A stretch of DNA of 64,000 bases from a virus: IMG/VR virus record IMGVR_UViG_3300030397_000629; one strand, written 5' to 3'. A program made the translations under genes and the position numbers. A model generated the notes under the pieces. That model was not told the origin of the DNA, ran no database searches, and saw only the letters and a program-made list of their open reading frames with translations. Below are positions 17,616 to 28,300 of the stretch, in pieces (within the stretch, counting starts at the first letter, position 1; the number at the start of each line of letters is the position of its first letter).

Positions 17616-18881
17616 ATGGAAGAAATTGCAGATTTTATAAAAGTCCAAAGTAACAGAGTTGTTGCAGAGGTCAATGAAATTACAATATCAATAACAGGGC
17701 ACATTGGCTGGGATTTCGACGGCGGGCAACTCATTTCATTCCTTAGAAACTACACGGGCGAGAATGACAAAATTATTTTTGACATTTTCAGCTTTGGCGG
17801 CTCAGCTATGCACGCACTTGCTGTTTATGATTTTATCAAAATAAACGGCATTAAAGCTGACGCCAATATTTTTGGCATGTGTGCCAGTGCTGCAAGCATC
17901 ATCTCATCAGCTTGTGAAAAGGTCGGCATTGGCTCAAATTCTTTCATGCTTATACACTCACCTTATGAGGCATCAACAGGCGATGAGTCAGAGGCAAGCC
18001 AACAGGTAAAAGAGAGACTCATTGATATTTACAAGTCAAAGACGGGCTTGGGAAAGCGGGCGCTTGTCAAGCTTATGGATGAGGGTGACGGCGGCGCAAT
18101 CATAGGCGCAAAAGAGGCGGTGAGGCTTGGCTTTGCTGATATGGTACTCAAAGAGCAGAAAAGTGTTGCTGCAAGGGCGTTTGAGTTTAACACTCAAAAA
18201 CCGGCAGCCTTTGATATTTCAAATTTAAATAATTCAAAAATGAGTAAATCAAAATTCAACTTTGTGCAGTGGGCAAAAGATACTTTTGGCGTCTCTGGCA
18301 CACAGGAAGAAATTGAGGCTGCACTCTTGGAAATAGACTTGAGCAGCAACAACGGTGACACCGGCAACAACGGTGACAACAAAAACGGCGGTGACAAGAA
18401 TACCGGGCAAGGTGTTAATGCAAAAACAGATGAGCCGGGCAACAACGGTGACAACAAAAATAGCGGCGGCGATGACGCTTTAAAAGCTATCCTTGCCAAG
18501 CTTGATGTTGTTGAAAAAACATCTGAAAGGGTTGACGGTCTTGAGGCCAAATTGAACACCCTTAGTGAGAACATGGTAAGAATGACTGAGACGCTTGAGG
18601 GCGTTGCCAATAACAAGCAGGAAGAGAAGAAAGAACAGCAGAGTATTTTTGATCAAAACCTTGCAGCCATTAACGCCAAGCTCGCCAATATCAAAACAAT
18701 GGGCAGTGGCACCGTTGTTGGCAATAAGACCGGAAACACCGGGCAGGGCAATGCAATTGTCAACCTCAACACCGGGCAGCAAGAAAAGAAGAAAGCCGGG
18801 CAAGTTGTTGCATCAGATACGCTTGAGCAAGCCGTTTGGTCTCAGATCGGCGTTGATGTAAGTGCCATGAAAAGCAACTAA
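17616..18881 (+). CDS. ClpP-like prohead protease fused to scaffold-like C-terminal region
   Basis: DIFSFGGS, GMCASAASII and FMLIHSP catalytic motifs; low-complexity GNNGDNKN repeats and coiled coil; precedes capsid gene. Confidence 0.9.
   Translation: MEEIADFIKVQSNRVVAEVNEITISITGHIGWDFDGGQLISFLRNYTGENDKIIFDIFSFGGSAMHALAVYDFIKINGIKADANIFGMCASAASIISSACEKVGIGSNSFMLIHSPYEASTGDESEASQQVKERLIDIYKSKTGLGKRALVKLMDEGDGGAIIGAKEAVRLGFADMVLKEQKSVAARAFEFNTQKPAAFDISNLNNSKMSKSKFNFVQWAKDTFGVSGTQEEIEAALLEIDLSSNNGDTGNNGDNKNGGDKNTGQGVNAKTDEPGNNGDNKNSGGDDALKAILAKLDVVEKTSERVDGLEAKLNTLSENMVRMTETLEGVANNKQEEKKEQQSIFDQNLAAINAKLANIKTMGSGTVVGNKTGNTGQGNAIVNLNTGQQEKKKAGQVVASDTLEQAVWSQIGVDVSAMKSN
18363..18460 (+). repeat. 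23-bp direct repeat in the scaffold linker
   Basis: GGCAACAACGGTGACAACAAAAA at 18363 and 18438. Confidence 0.85.
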
Positions 18882-18973
18882 GCTTTTCAACAGGTTTACA
18901 ACAAAAGCTGCAACAAAAAATCAACAGGTAAACAACGGTGCCAACAATTTGAATAACAACTAAATTTTTTATA

Positions 18974-20158
18974 ATGGCTGAAATAGTCGGGACTTTTGGA
19001 AACTTTGCGCTCATTGCGGGTGACCGTCCAATTTTTGACATGAATCTTGAGGCGTCAGTTGCTTTTTTTAGAGAACTGACCGTCAAAAAATCAGATATTA
19101 CACTCAATCAATTGGGTGTTTATTCCTTCCTTAACGTGGGCAGATACGGCAAGGCGCTCATGAATAGGCTGAGTGTACCGAGGCACCTTTTGCAGTCTCG
19201 CAAAAACTGCTTGACTTGGACACCAAAAGGCATCATGTATTTGACGCCAAACGAGGTCAACACCTTCCCCATTGAATTGATGGCTGAGCAATGCACTGAC
19301 TTTATGCTTGGTGACTGCCTTGAGGCAATTCTTGGGCCTCAAAACGGCAAGCGTGACTTTGGCAGTACTGCTGAGGCACAGGCTCTTTTTGGGCAGGCTC
19401 TTGCAAACATTTTTCTTGGCTTGGGCAACTCTTTTTATGACCTTGTGCACTACGGCGGTGACCCGCTAATTACCTCATCAGATGACGGTGATTGGTGGAA
19501 TACCGGCACCACTACCAATAAACAGTGGGATGACTTTAAAGACCAACAACTCAACACGGGCGTCACCGGGCTGATACCTCTGATTGAGAAAGCAAAGGCT
19601 GACGGCTTAACCAATTTTAACGTTGATATTCCAGCGGGTGACGTAAGCGGGCCTGAGTACGTTGGTACTGATGTCAGGGGTTTGCTTGATAGCTGCATTG
19701 CAGCCGCGCCGACTGAGTTTGGAATTATTGTAAAAAGGCGGCAGCAAATTCAGTCTGCTTTTCTGTGTACCCGTGGTATTTATGACGCTTATTACAATTT
19801 CCTCATTGACAATTACACAAGTATTCCTATCTCATTTCAGATGCTTGTTGAGGGTGAGCCTGTGCCGGGCGTGCTGATGTATAAGGGCATCCCTCTTGTG
19901 TGTGTTGACGAGTGGACACTCATGGATGACTTACTTGGCGTAAACACTCACCGTGTTGTTTTGACGGCATTGGGTAACATGGCAATTGCTCATGATATGC
20001 AGCCGCTTGATCAATTCAACGGCATGGGTATGCGCATTGAACGCTCGCCGCTGTTGCGGGACAAAGGGCGCACTTACATGAATATGACTTTCAGAGTTGG
20101 TTGCGCAATCCCTGACGTTAAATTCATGGTCAATGCATCACGGATTTTGACGCCTTAA
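18974..20158 (+). CDS. major capsid protein (HK97 fold expected)
   Basis: 394 aa directly after protease/scaffold; size and position. Confidence 0.75.
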   Translation: MAEIVGTFGNFALIAGDRPIFDMNLEASVAFFRELTVKKSDITLNQLGVYSFLNVGRYGKALMNRLSVPRHLLQSRKNCLTWTPKGIMYLTPNEVNTFPIELMAEQCTDFMLGDCLEAILGPQNGKRDFGSTAEAQALFGQALANIFLGLGNSFYDLVHYGGDPLITSSDDGDWWNTGTTTNKQWDDFKDQQLNTGVTGLIPLIEKAKADGLTNFNVDIPAGDVSGPEYVGTDVRGLLDSCIAAAPTEFGIIVKRRQQIQSAFLCTRGIYDAYYNFLIDNYTSIPISFQMLVEGEPVPGVLMYKGIPLVCVDEWTLMDDLLGVNTHRVVLTALGNMAIAHDMQPLDQFNGMGMRIERSPLLRDKGRTYMNMTFRVGCAIPDVKFMVNASRILTP

Positions 20159-20362
20159 ACAGGGCGCAAAGTCTGTTGACAACAGGGTTTCAGCCGTTTC
20201 TTAACCGTTGAGTAATTTGTTGACAACCCTGTTGCAGAAAATCTGTTGATTGAGTGAATGTTTTTGCAAATCAAGTGCCCTTGTTGATAATCTTGTTGGA
20301 GCCTGAAACGTGAACCCGCTTGCAACAATTTTTGATGCAAGGGCAAACAAAATTAAATCACA

Positions 20363-20902
20363 ATGAGTGAAATTATTTCCATATTGGCAAACTCTGACTG
20401 CTCGCAAATAGGCGGTCAAGAAAAAGCTTATGCGGTAGGCTTTGACAAAATTGATACCGTTGCAATTACCAACGGAGTTATAACCGGCTTTACAATGACA
20501 GAGGCGGGCCTTTGGGGTCAACTCACCTTTGATGATAACGACAATGTTGCCTTTTTTAATGAGACCGGCGAAGAGGTAGGGCAGCAGGTTCGCTTTAATG
20601 GTGAGGGTTTAATGAAGTTCTCAGGCATCACGCAAAACAAGATAACAGCAGCCAACAAAGCAAAGGATTGCTGCGGCGTTGTTGTTGTTTGGTTTTCCAA
20701 CGATGGCACCAAGAGAGTGCAGGGCATTGATGTTGCACCTGATGACACTTGGAGCTTTTCACAGAAAAAAGCCAGAATTGTGCCAAACGTCATCAGTGAC
20801 ACAGGTGACAATGAGGCACGGGTTGAGTATGGTGTCACTCATGTTGGCCGGTACGCATCTGCAACCACAAGCTTGAGTGCAGAGGACATTGAGGCGCTTT
20901 AA
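20363..20902 (+). CDS. major tail (tube) protein candidate
   Basis: 179 aa; CSQIGGQEKAYAV start, F.ETGE and VVVWFSNDG beta pattern typical of Bacteroidota siphovirus tail tubes. Confidence 0.55.
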   Translation: MSEIISILANSDCSQIGGQEKAYAVGFDKIDTVAITNGVITGFTMTEAGLWGQLTFDDNDNVAFFNETGEEVGQQVRFNGEGLMKFSGITQNKITAANKAKDCCGVVVVWFSNDGTKRVQGIDVAPDDTWSFSQKKARIVPNVISDTGDNEARVEYGVTHVGRYASATTSLSAEDIEAL

Positions 20903-20931
20903 TATTTAACCGTTGAATAAACATTTTAAAG

Positions 20932-21222
20932 ATGGCTAGTAAAATAGTATACGAGGTACACCCAAGAAAGCTCAAGAATGTAAAAGCAGTTGCAAGGGTG
21001 CCTGACGGCAAAGGCGGTTATAAAACCGTTGGATTGATTGCAAAGGTAACAAGGAATTACCCGGCGAACCCTTTCACCGGCTCAGCCGCTTGGTCTGAGA
21101 CCTACCCAAAAGCAACACAGGGTGACTTGCAATATTTGTCTGAAATGGGTTTCAGAGACCGTGACCAATTCCCTTTGGTTATTGCAAAGAGTGACAAAGT
21201 TGCTGCTGTCTCAAATTCATAA
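20932..21222 (+). CDS. hypothetical structural-module protein
   Basis: 96-aa ORF with motif upstream. Confidence 0.65.
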   Translation: MASKIVYEVHPRKLKNVKAVARVPDGKGGYKTVGLIAKVTRNYPANPFTGSAAWSETYPKATQGDLQYLSEMGFRDRDQFPLVIAKSDKVAAVSNS

Positions 21223-21247
21223 ACTCAACCGTTAAACATAAGAGCAA

Positions 21248-22726
21248 ATGAGTGAGTCAATTGCAACATTTTTAGACTGTCCACCAAGTGAGCCAACCAA
21301 CCCAAAAGAGGCGCTGCGTGCAAATCGGCGGGTTGGCTCAGTGAGGTTTGACATGCCTGAAAATCCTATACCTGCACAAATAACAGACGCGGGCGAGATA
21401 AAGAAATTTTTCTCAACGTTCAAAGATGTATTTGTGCCCTATGCAGGTACAGAGCAATCAAGCTCACACTCATTGCTTGCCTTTCTTGTTTCTCTAAAAG
21501 AGGTGTCAACAACAGAGGGCGCTGTAATTGAGGACATGAAAAGGCACATGTTTTCTGGCAAGGTTGTAATTGAGCGCAGCACTGACCCGGTATTTGAGAC
21601 CGGCGAAGAGCGGCAGCCGGTCAGTCCTGCTGAGGCTCAGGCTTTTGTTGAGTTTGTAAAGCTCATTGAGTTTAATGGCACAGACGGGCAGCAAATAAAT
21701 GACGTCAGGCAGTTTGCAAAAGGTCTCAAAGAGGATGAAAAAACGAGCGGCAACTTTTATGTTGAGCTTGTGCGCTCTCAGGTTGGCGGGCAGCCTATCT
21801 TTAGAGTCTTTCATCACAGTGTATTGCACTGCCTTTATGTTGCAACGGCAGATGAAGAAAACAGGATTATTGCCGTTTCTAAAAGATGGAATGAGCAGTA
21901 TTTGAGAGAAAACCCGCCTGACGTTCTGCCATTGTACCCGCTTTGGAAAGTTGACGAGGACGGCACGCAGCGAACAATGTACCATTTTAAAAATGGCAAT
22001 TATCCTTGGTATGGCCGCCCTGACTCAATTGCAGCTACAATGCCAAAGTTTTACGAATTTCAGTCAAACGACTACAAGAACAAGACAACGGCAAATATGT
22101 TCATGGGTCACTCTTTGATTGAAATTGAGGATGAGGATTTGCCGCACGGCATCAGTGAGCAGGACGCGAGGCAGGCAGGCTTTGACGGCGTTGTTGATGA
22201 GATTGAGCAGAACTTTACAAACAAGTCAACAGACCCTCAGAGTGTTGTTGTTTTCACAAGGCCAAAAGGCGCAAGTGAGGCTTTTGTTTTCCAGTTTCAA
22301 CCAAATACCTCAGAGAGTTGGTTTACAGCAACAGAGGGCAAGGCTGAGAATGACATAATAAAAGCGCACAGTTGGTCAAGGCGTATTTTGGGCCTTGATG
22401 TTGCAAGCGGTCTGTCAAACAACGTTTATCTTGATGAGTATGAAATACTTTCTGCAACTGTAATAAAAGACGGGCAAGATACATTGAACGCTGTTATGAA
22501 TAATATAATACTTTCAGCGGCGGCTGATTGGTTTGGCGTTGATCAAGTGAGCGATTACTCAATGAAATTTACGTCACCATTTTACGAGATAATGAGAGCG
22601 AGAAAAGAGGCAGACGAGCAAAGCCAAGGCCAAGCTCAGGGCGGCAACGATCCTGAGCCGAGCACAGGCGAGCAGCAAGAGCAGCAGACTCAGAGCGGAA
22701 GCAAGATACCTTTTTCATTCTTATAA
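21248..22726 (+). CDS. portal protein
   Basis: 492 aa; TSGNFYVELVR, YPWYGRPDSIA, DIIKAHSW..RILG motifs; acidic/Gln-rich tail. Confidence 0.8.
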   Translation: MSESIATFLDCPPSEPTNPKEALRANRRVGSVRFDMPENPIPAQITDAGEIKKFFSTFKDVFVPYAGTEQSSSHSLLAFLVSLKEVSTTEGAVIEDMKRHMFSGKVVIERSTDPVFETGEERQPVSPAEAQAFVEFVKLIEFNGTDGQQINDVRQFAKGLKEDEKTSGNFYVELVRSQVGGQPIFRVFHHSVLHCLYVATADEENRIIAVSKRWNEQYLRENPPDVLPLYPLWKVDEDGTQRTMYHFKNGNYPWYGRPDSIAATMPKFYEFQSNDYKNKTTANMFMGHSLIEIEDEDLPHGISEQDARQAGFDGVVDEIEQNFTNKSTDPQSVVVFTRPKGASEAFVFQFQPNTSESWFTATEGKAENDIIKAHSWSRRILGLDVASGLSNNVYLDEYEILSATVIKDGQDTLNAVMNNIILSAAADWFGVDQVSDYSMKFTSPFYEIMRARKEADEQSQGQAQGGNDPEPSTGEQQEQQTQSGSKIPFSFL

Positions 22727-22740
22727 TTAACCGTTAAATA

Positions 22741-23454
22741 ATGCAGCAGAAAACGCTTTTGCAAGAGGGTGAGGCATTGCGCTTTAGTCAAGAGAGTCAT
22801 AACTTTCCAATGGCTCAAGCAAGAAATGTGATTTTCCAAAGAGAGCAGAATGTCAGGCGCACGCTTTTAGGTCATGACTTTTGGGCCTTGCTTGAGGCAT
22901 CCCTTGTTGAGTACACAAACATTGAAACTTGGAGTGCTCAAAAGACTTACTCACTTGATGATTATGTTGATTATTTCGGTTTGGTGTTAAGGTCAACAAC
23001 AGATAACAACACTGTTAACCCTTGCGAGGACAACCCTGACCCTGAGGCGGCTGCTTGGGTTAATGCAAGAAAATTTGACAATGATTGTTATGAGGCTCTT
23101 TGGCATAATTATTTAGGCCCGTTTTTAACCGGCATGGTCATGCCTGACTTGCTGATTTCTCAAACATACAGAGCGGGTGCAAATGGTGTTACAGTTTCCT
23201 CAAACGATGCAACCGGCACCTCATCTGCATCACTGAAAGTTGTTGACGCAAAACGCACATCAACTTATAATTTGGGCATGGATGCACTTGAGAACATGAA
23301 AGCCTATATGATGAGGGTGAATGCTCTTGAGTCAACAGATGCAGAGTATTGTGATTTTAGCAAAGTGAAATTTGTCAAGAGTTGTGACTTGCACCCGGTT
23401 GAGCGCAGAGGGCGGCGCATGATCACAAGAGGGCGGCGCTCAATACCCTTGTAA
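22741..23454 (+). CDS. head-tail connector/adaptor candidate
   Basis: 237 aa after portal; EQNVRRTLLGHDFW motif similar to Bacteroidota phage adaptors. Confidence 0.5.
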   Translation: MQQKTLLQEGEALRFSQESHNFPMAQARNVIFQREQNVRRTLLGHDFWALLEASLVEYTNIETWSAQKTYSLDDYVDYFGLVLRSTTDNNTVNPCEDNPDPEAAAWVNARKFDNDCYEALWHNYLGPFLTGMVMPDLLISQTYRAGANGVTVSSNDATGTSSASLKVVDAKRTSTYNLGMDALENMKAYMMRVNALESTDAEYCDFSKVKFVKSCDLHPVERRGRRMITRGRRSIPL

Positions 23455-23473
23455 ACAAAAACAGGTAACATAA

Positions 23474-23803
23474 ATGATTGCAAACACATTTAAAAAGTTT
23501 TTAGGCCAAAAGGCATCAGTCAATCTTGCTGACCTTGTATTTGGCGTTGAGGATTTAAACAACCCTGACCTTGAGACTTTCAGGCTTGATACATGCAAGG
23601 CTTGCCCTTTTATTGATCCTGACGGCTTGATTTGCAAAAAGTGCGGGTGCTTTATGGAAGCAAAGACAAAGCTCTTTACTTTCTCAAACCATGAGCAAGG
23701 CGGTGCAATTGAGTTCGTTTGCTGCCCTGAGAGCAAATGGAATGATGCACACGTTTTAATGATAAACCAATTATTGAGAGAGCAGCGCAAAGTGCTGCCC
23801 TGA
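23474..23803 (+). CDS. Cys-rich DUF6171-like protein
   Basis: RLDTCKACP...CKKCGCFMEAKTKL...CPESKW. Confidence 0.7.
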   Translation: MIANTFKKFLGQKASVNLADLVFGVEDLNNPDLETFRLDTCKACPFIDPDGLICKKCGCFMEAKTKLFTFSNHEQGGAIEFVCCPESKWNDAHVLMINQLLREQRKVLP

Positions 23804-23835
23804 GTTATATTTTTCAATATTTAAAATTTAAGCAA

Positions 23836-24285
23836 ATGGCTTTTTATCCAAGCGCCAACCAAGGCGACTCAACAACCGGGCCAAACCCTGCGTCAATTAT
23901 GCAAGCAATTCAGGGCGGTCACAACTGCTGCGGCGGCAAAAATTCTGCTGCTGCAACAGGAATACAAGAGAACACGCTTCCTGACGTAACCGGGTACGCA
24001 ACTGCTGCTGTTGACCTCACTGCCAACGATGTAACCGGCATTGTTGTCAATCCTGACGGCAATGGCGACCAAACTTACACCTTTGCAACACCTGCTGACG
24101 ATGCCGACAAGCTAAAAGCGGGAATACTTGAGGCAATGGCTGCTCTTAAGTTTATTGAGGCTGAGGGTGCGGGCGTTGTAATTACCGGCGCTGATAACGC
24201 TGCTGTCACTACAATCACAATTGCTGTTGGCGTGCCGGTCAACCTTGTGAATGGTGCAGGTGACCCGGCTTTCTCTGCTGTGTAA
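23836..24285 (+). CDS. hypothetical virion protein (decoration-like)
   Basis: 149 aa Ala/Gly/Thr-rich beta pattern in structural operon. Confidence 0.5.
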   Translation: MAFYPSANQGDSTTGPNPASIMQAIQGGHNCCGGKNSAAATGIQENTLPDVTGYATAAVDLTANDVTGIVVNPDGNGDQTYTFATPADDADKLKAGILEAMAALKFIEAEGAGVVITGADNAAVTTITIAVGVPVNLVNGAGDPAFSAV

Positions 24286-24330
24286 GCTTTTGACATTACT
24301 GTATATTTTTAACGGTTAAAATAAGGTGCG

Positions 24331-25320
24331 TTGCCTTTATCGCTGGATTGCAAAAACGGTGAGGTTATAAGTTTTCCCTGTTGTGGCGGTAGCGGCACAG
24401 GTAGCTTTGTTTTCACTGGCATTGAGGTCACAGATGATTCAGGCAACGCAACTTTTTTGCATGCACCTTATGAGGTGCAGGTTACAAGCACGGGTGTTTT
24501 TATATCCGACTACAAACGAAATAACTTTTTTATACCTCTTTCTGAGGTTGCTTTTGACAACATTGATGACCTAATTGAGTACGTTACTGAGTGCCGCAAT
24601 TGCAACTGCCAAGCTGACCCTGCTGACGGCGAAGATTCAAACGGCGGTGCAATTTGCTTTTACAGGCAGACCTTTCAAGATGTTAACACAAATGTTATTG
24701 AGGTAACTGCCAACCAAGGCGAAATGCCACAAGGTGACAAAACAAGAGTTTACTTTAATGGCAGGTTGCTCAGAAACGGCGTTGACTATCAAATACAGGG
24801 TGCCTTTATAACTTTCAATTTTGATGTTGTCAGGTCTAACATTGAGGTTATATTTCTGACACCTTGCTCACTTGCTGCTCAAGAGTTTTGTCAGTTCTTT
24901 GTTGGCGTAAACACAAGCACTGTAACTGTAACCGTAAACGGCGGGATGCCTCAAGATAAATCTGAGGTTGAGGTTTATTTCAATGGGCGGCTGATGACTG
25001 AGGGGCAAGATTTTAATTTCAGCGGCAATGATATTGTTTTCTTGTTTGACGTTGTTGACTCAACAATTTCTGTTATTTGGCTCGACCGTCAGCAAAGCAT
25101 GTTTGATGCCAAGTACATTCAGACTGAGCTTTCACATAGCTCTCAAACACTCACTATAACTGCCAACGGTGGCAGCATGCCTGACAATAGTAATCAGGTG
25201 CTTGTAATGCACAACGGCAGGCTCATGATTGAAAATCTTGACTATTCACTTTCTGGCAATGTAATAACTTTCAATTTCACTATAAATGAGGCAAGAATAC
25301 AAGTTATATTATTTGTTTAG
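24331..25320 (+). CDS. virion structural protein with three beta-sandwich repeats
   Basis: TTG start; V(Y/M)(F/H)NGRL..G/NxD(Y/F).. repeated three times; no signal peptide. Confidence 0.65.
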   Translation: MPLSLDCKNGEVISFPCCGGSGTGSFVFTGIEVTDDSGNATFLHAPYEVQVTSTGVFISDYKRNNFFIPLSEVAFDNIDDLIEYVTECRNCNCQADPADGEDSNGGAICFYRQTFQDVNTNVIEVTANQGEMPQGDKTRVYFNGRLLRNGVDYQIQGAFITFNFDVVRSNIEVIFLTPCSLAAQEFCQFFVGVNTSTVTVTVNGGMPQDKSEVEVYFNGRLMTEGQDFNFSGNDIVFLFDVVDSTISVIWLDRQQSMFDAKYIQTELSHSSQTLTITANGGSMPDNSNQVLVMHNGRLMIENLDYSLSGNVITFNFTINEARIQVILFV

Positions 25321-28300
25321 GGCGGCAATTGTCTTGCTTGGCTTGACGTGCTTGCCTCTGAGCGCATTTTCTCAGCTTAATGACCCTAATGAAGGCCCAA
25401 GCACCCGCACGCGCCTCTATGAGATTGAGAAAGCCGACACAGCAGGCATTTTGATTTGGTCAAACATGTTAAAAAATGCTCAATGGGATTCTCAAAACTA
25501 TGTCATCATTTGGGCTGAGGACACAATTAGTCACAGATTGCACACCCGTCTTGAGACAGTCAACGAGAATCAAAGCAATACAAAGTTTTTAACGGTTAAT
25601 CAAAACGGCGTTGTTGAGTGGCGAAGCGGCGCAGGCGGCGGCACCATGAACACATGGTTAATTGCAGGCGACACAGGCAGCCCTGAGATTGTTGCAGACG
25701 GTGAAACTGCAACCATTGCAGGCGGTACAAATATCTCAACCGTTGTGAGTCCTACAAGGACACTCACAGTGAATTGGTCAGCGGTTTTAAATGACCTTAC
25801 TGACGTAAACACAACATCTTTAACGGTTAATGATGTGCTCACTTGGAACGGCTCGCAATGGGTCAATCAAGCAGGCGGCGGCGGCTTGGCTGACGGCAAC
25901 GGCATCTTTGATGTGAACAATGACGGTAATTTTGTGCCGGGTGACTTTCAGGCAAACGTTGATACTGTGTTGCAGTTTGGAGACATGGACAACAACAGCG
26001 GGCGCAAAGTATTAGAAATAAATAATGTTGGCACGGGCGGCGTTGGTGAGATTTTAATGTATGATACTGACCCGCTCATTGACATGGGTTTTTCATTTGG
26101 CAACCTTGGTCAAAACAGGATTTATTTAGGCAACCTGATAAACTCAGACCCGTCAATATCCATTGATGATCAAACCCCCAACTCACCGGGTGACGGCTCA
26201 ATTGTATTGGATGCCGCAACAATTATGTTTTCGGACGGGCCAAACGTTAGGCTCATAATGCCGTCAGAAGCAGAGGGCACACCGTCACAAAACCCGGCAG
26301 ATACAATGCTCATTGTTTTTCCCGGCTCTTTGCCGCCTCACCAAGGTTACATGTTTACCTTTGACCAATTAGCTGAGTCAATTGGTGACATTACAGGCAA
26401 GCCGGGCAGTGATGTTGTCATTAGGTCAACGTTTGAGTCAAGCGTCTCACCGGCACCTGCAACCGGCGCTTTCAGGCTCAACTCAGCGCCCGCATCTGCA
26501 AACTCAATATACATTGACAAGACAAGTGAGAACAGTGTGAGCATCGCATCAGTTATGAGCAGCTTGTTGGTTGGTGACAAAATTTACATTCAGGATGAGT
26601 TTACCAAGCTTACAGCATACCTTTATGAGGTGACAAGCTCACCCTCAGATAATGGCTCTTATATCTCAATTCCGGTCTCAAATATATCAAGCAACGGCGG
26701 CACAATGACTGCCTCAAACGTTTACGGGTTTTTAATAATAAGCCAAGGTGCAACTGCTGCTCAAACATTAAGTTATGCGGGCCTTGGTGACCTTAGCATT
26801 TCAGGCGGCAACTCTGTTGACCTGAGTGACCTGCTTGACAATACTGACTCACAAACCCTGAGCTTTGTGAGTCCAAACATCAGTATTTCAGGCGGCAACT
26901 CTGTTGATATATCAGGCATCAATACTGACAACCAAGCGCTTTCATGGATTGAGGGCACAAGCACCTTGAGCATTACGGGCGGTAACAGTGTTGTTTTATC
27001 AGGATTTATGAGCAGCTTTTTCTTTGGTGATGAGTCAGCAACAATTGAGGTGAGTGACGGCAACACAATCAGAGTTGAGGGCGGCATTGCTGCACTTGCT
27101 GATATATCAGGCGGCTCAGTCATTGTTGATGTTTGGCCCGCAAAGCAGACGGTTGACGCAAACCCTGACCTTGCAGGCTGGCTTTTATATCAAGATGCAT
27201 CAACTTTTGAGGTTAACCGGGTAACTATCAATAGCCTGCCTGTTGGAAAGTTTGACTCATTTGATTGGGGTGACGGCTCACTCATTACAACAATAACAGA
27301 CGGCGAAGCAATAAGAGTGACGGGCGGCACCAATATCACAACAACATTGTCATCAAATGACATCACAGTTGATTGGTCGGCAGTATTAAACGACCTCAGT
27401 GACGTGAGTGCAGGCTCACCAAGTAACAATGATGTTTTAACTTGGAACGGCTCAGCATGGGTGCCTCAGTCAGCAGGCTCAGGCTCTTTTAATAATTTCA
27501 CTATTGATGCAGACACAGGCACACCTGAGCTTGTCAGTGACGGCGAAACGGTAACATACACAGGCGGCACAGGCATCAGCACAACCGTATCAGCAACAAG
27601 AGTGATAACAATAAACCTTGACGCTGTTATTTCTGACTTGAATGACGTTTCAAACACAGCACCAACCTCAGGGCAGGTGCTCAAGTGGAATGGCTCAGCA
27701 TGGGTGCCTGACACTGACCTTGTTGGCGGCGGCGGCGGCATTGCCTCATTTAATGTTGCAGGCTCAAGCGGGCCTGCTGAGACAGTGACAGACGGCGAAA
27801 CAATAACCATTGCACAAGGCACAGGCATCACAACTGTTACCTCATCGCCAAACACAGTGACAGTGAGCTTGAGCGCAGCAATCAGTGACCTCACTGACGT
27901 AAATGTGACAGCACCCTCACAAGGTGAGGCTCTTATCTTTGACGGTTCAGAATGGATAAACCAAACCCAAAGAGACTCACAAACACTTGTTTACAGCGGT
28001 GCGGGTGTTCTGCAAATCTCAAACGGCAACAGCGTCAACATGAATGACCTGTTAGATAACACCGACAACCAAATACTAAGCTTTGCAGACCCAAATTTGA
28101 GCATTTCAGGCGGCAACAGCGTTGATATATCAGGCATCAACACTGACAACCAAACTCTCAGCTTTGCCAACCCAAACCTCAGCATTTCAGGCGGCAACAG
28201 CGTTGACCTCACCGGCTTGAATACTGACAACCAAATGATTGAGAAATTTGTCATTGAGAGTGACACCTTGAAAATATCAATTGAGCGAGATGCGCAGCCT

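Noticed and set aside
8052-25320. Contractile injection system, tailocin or gene transfer agent
   Set aside because: No sheath or baseplate wedge genes recognised; capsid, portal, terminase, replication and repressor genes indicate a bona fide phage
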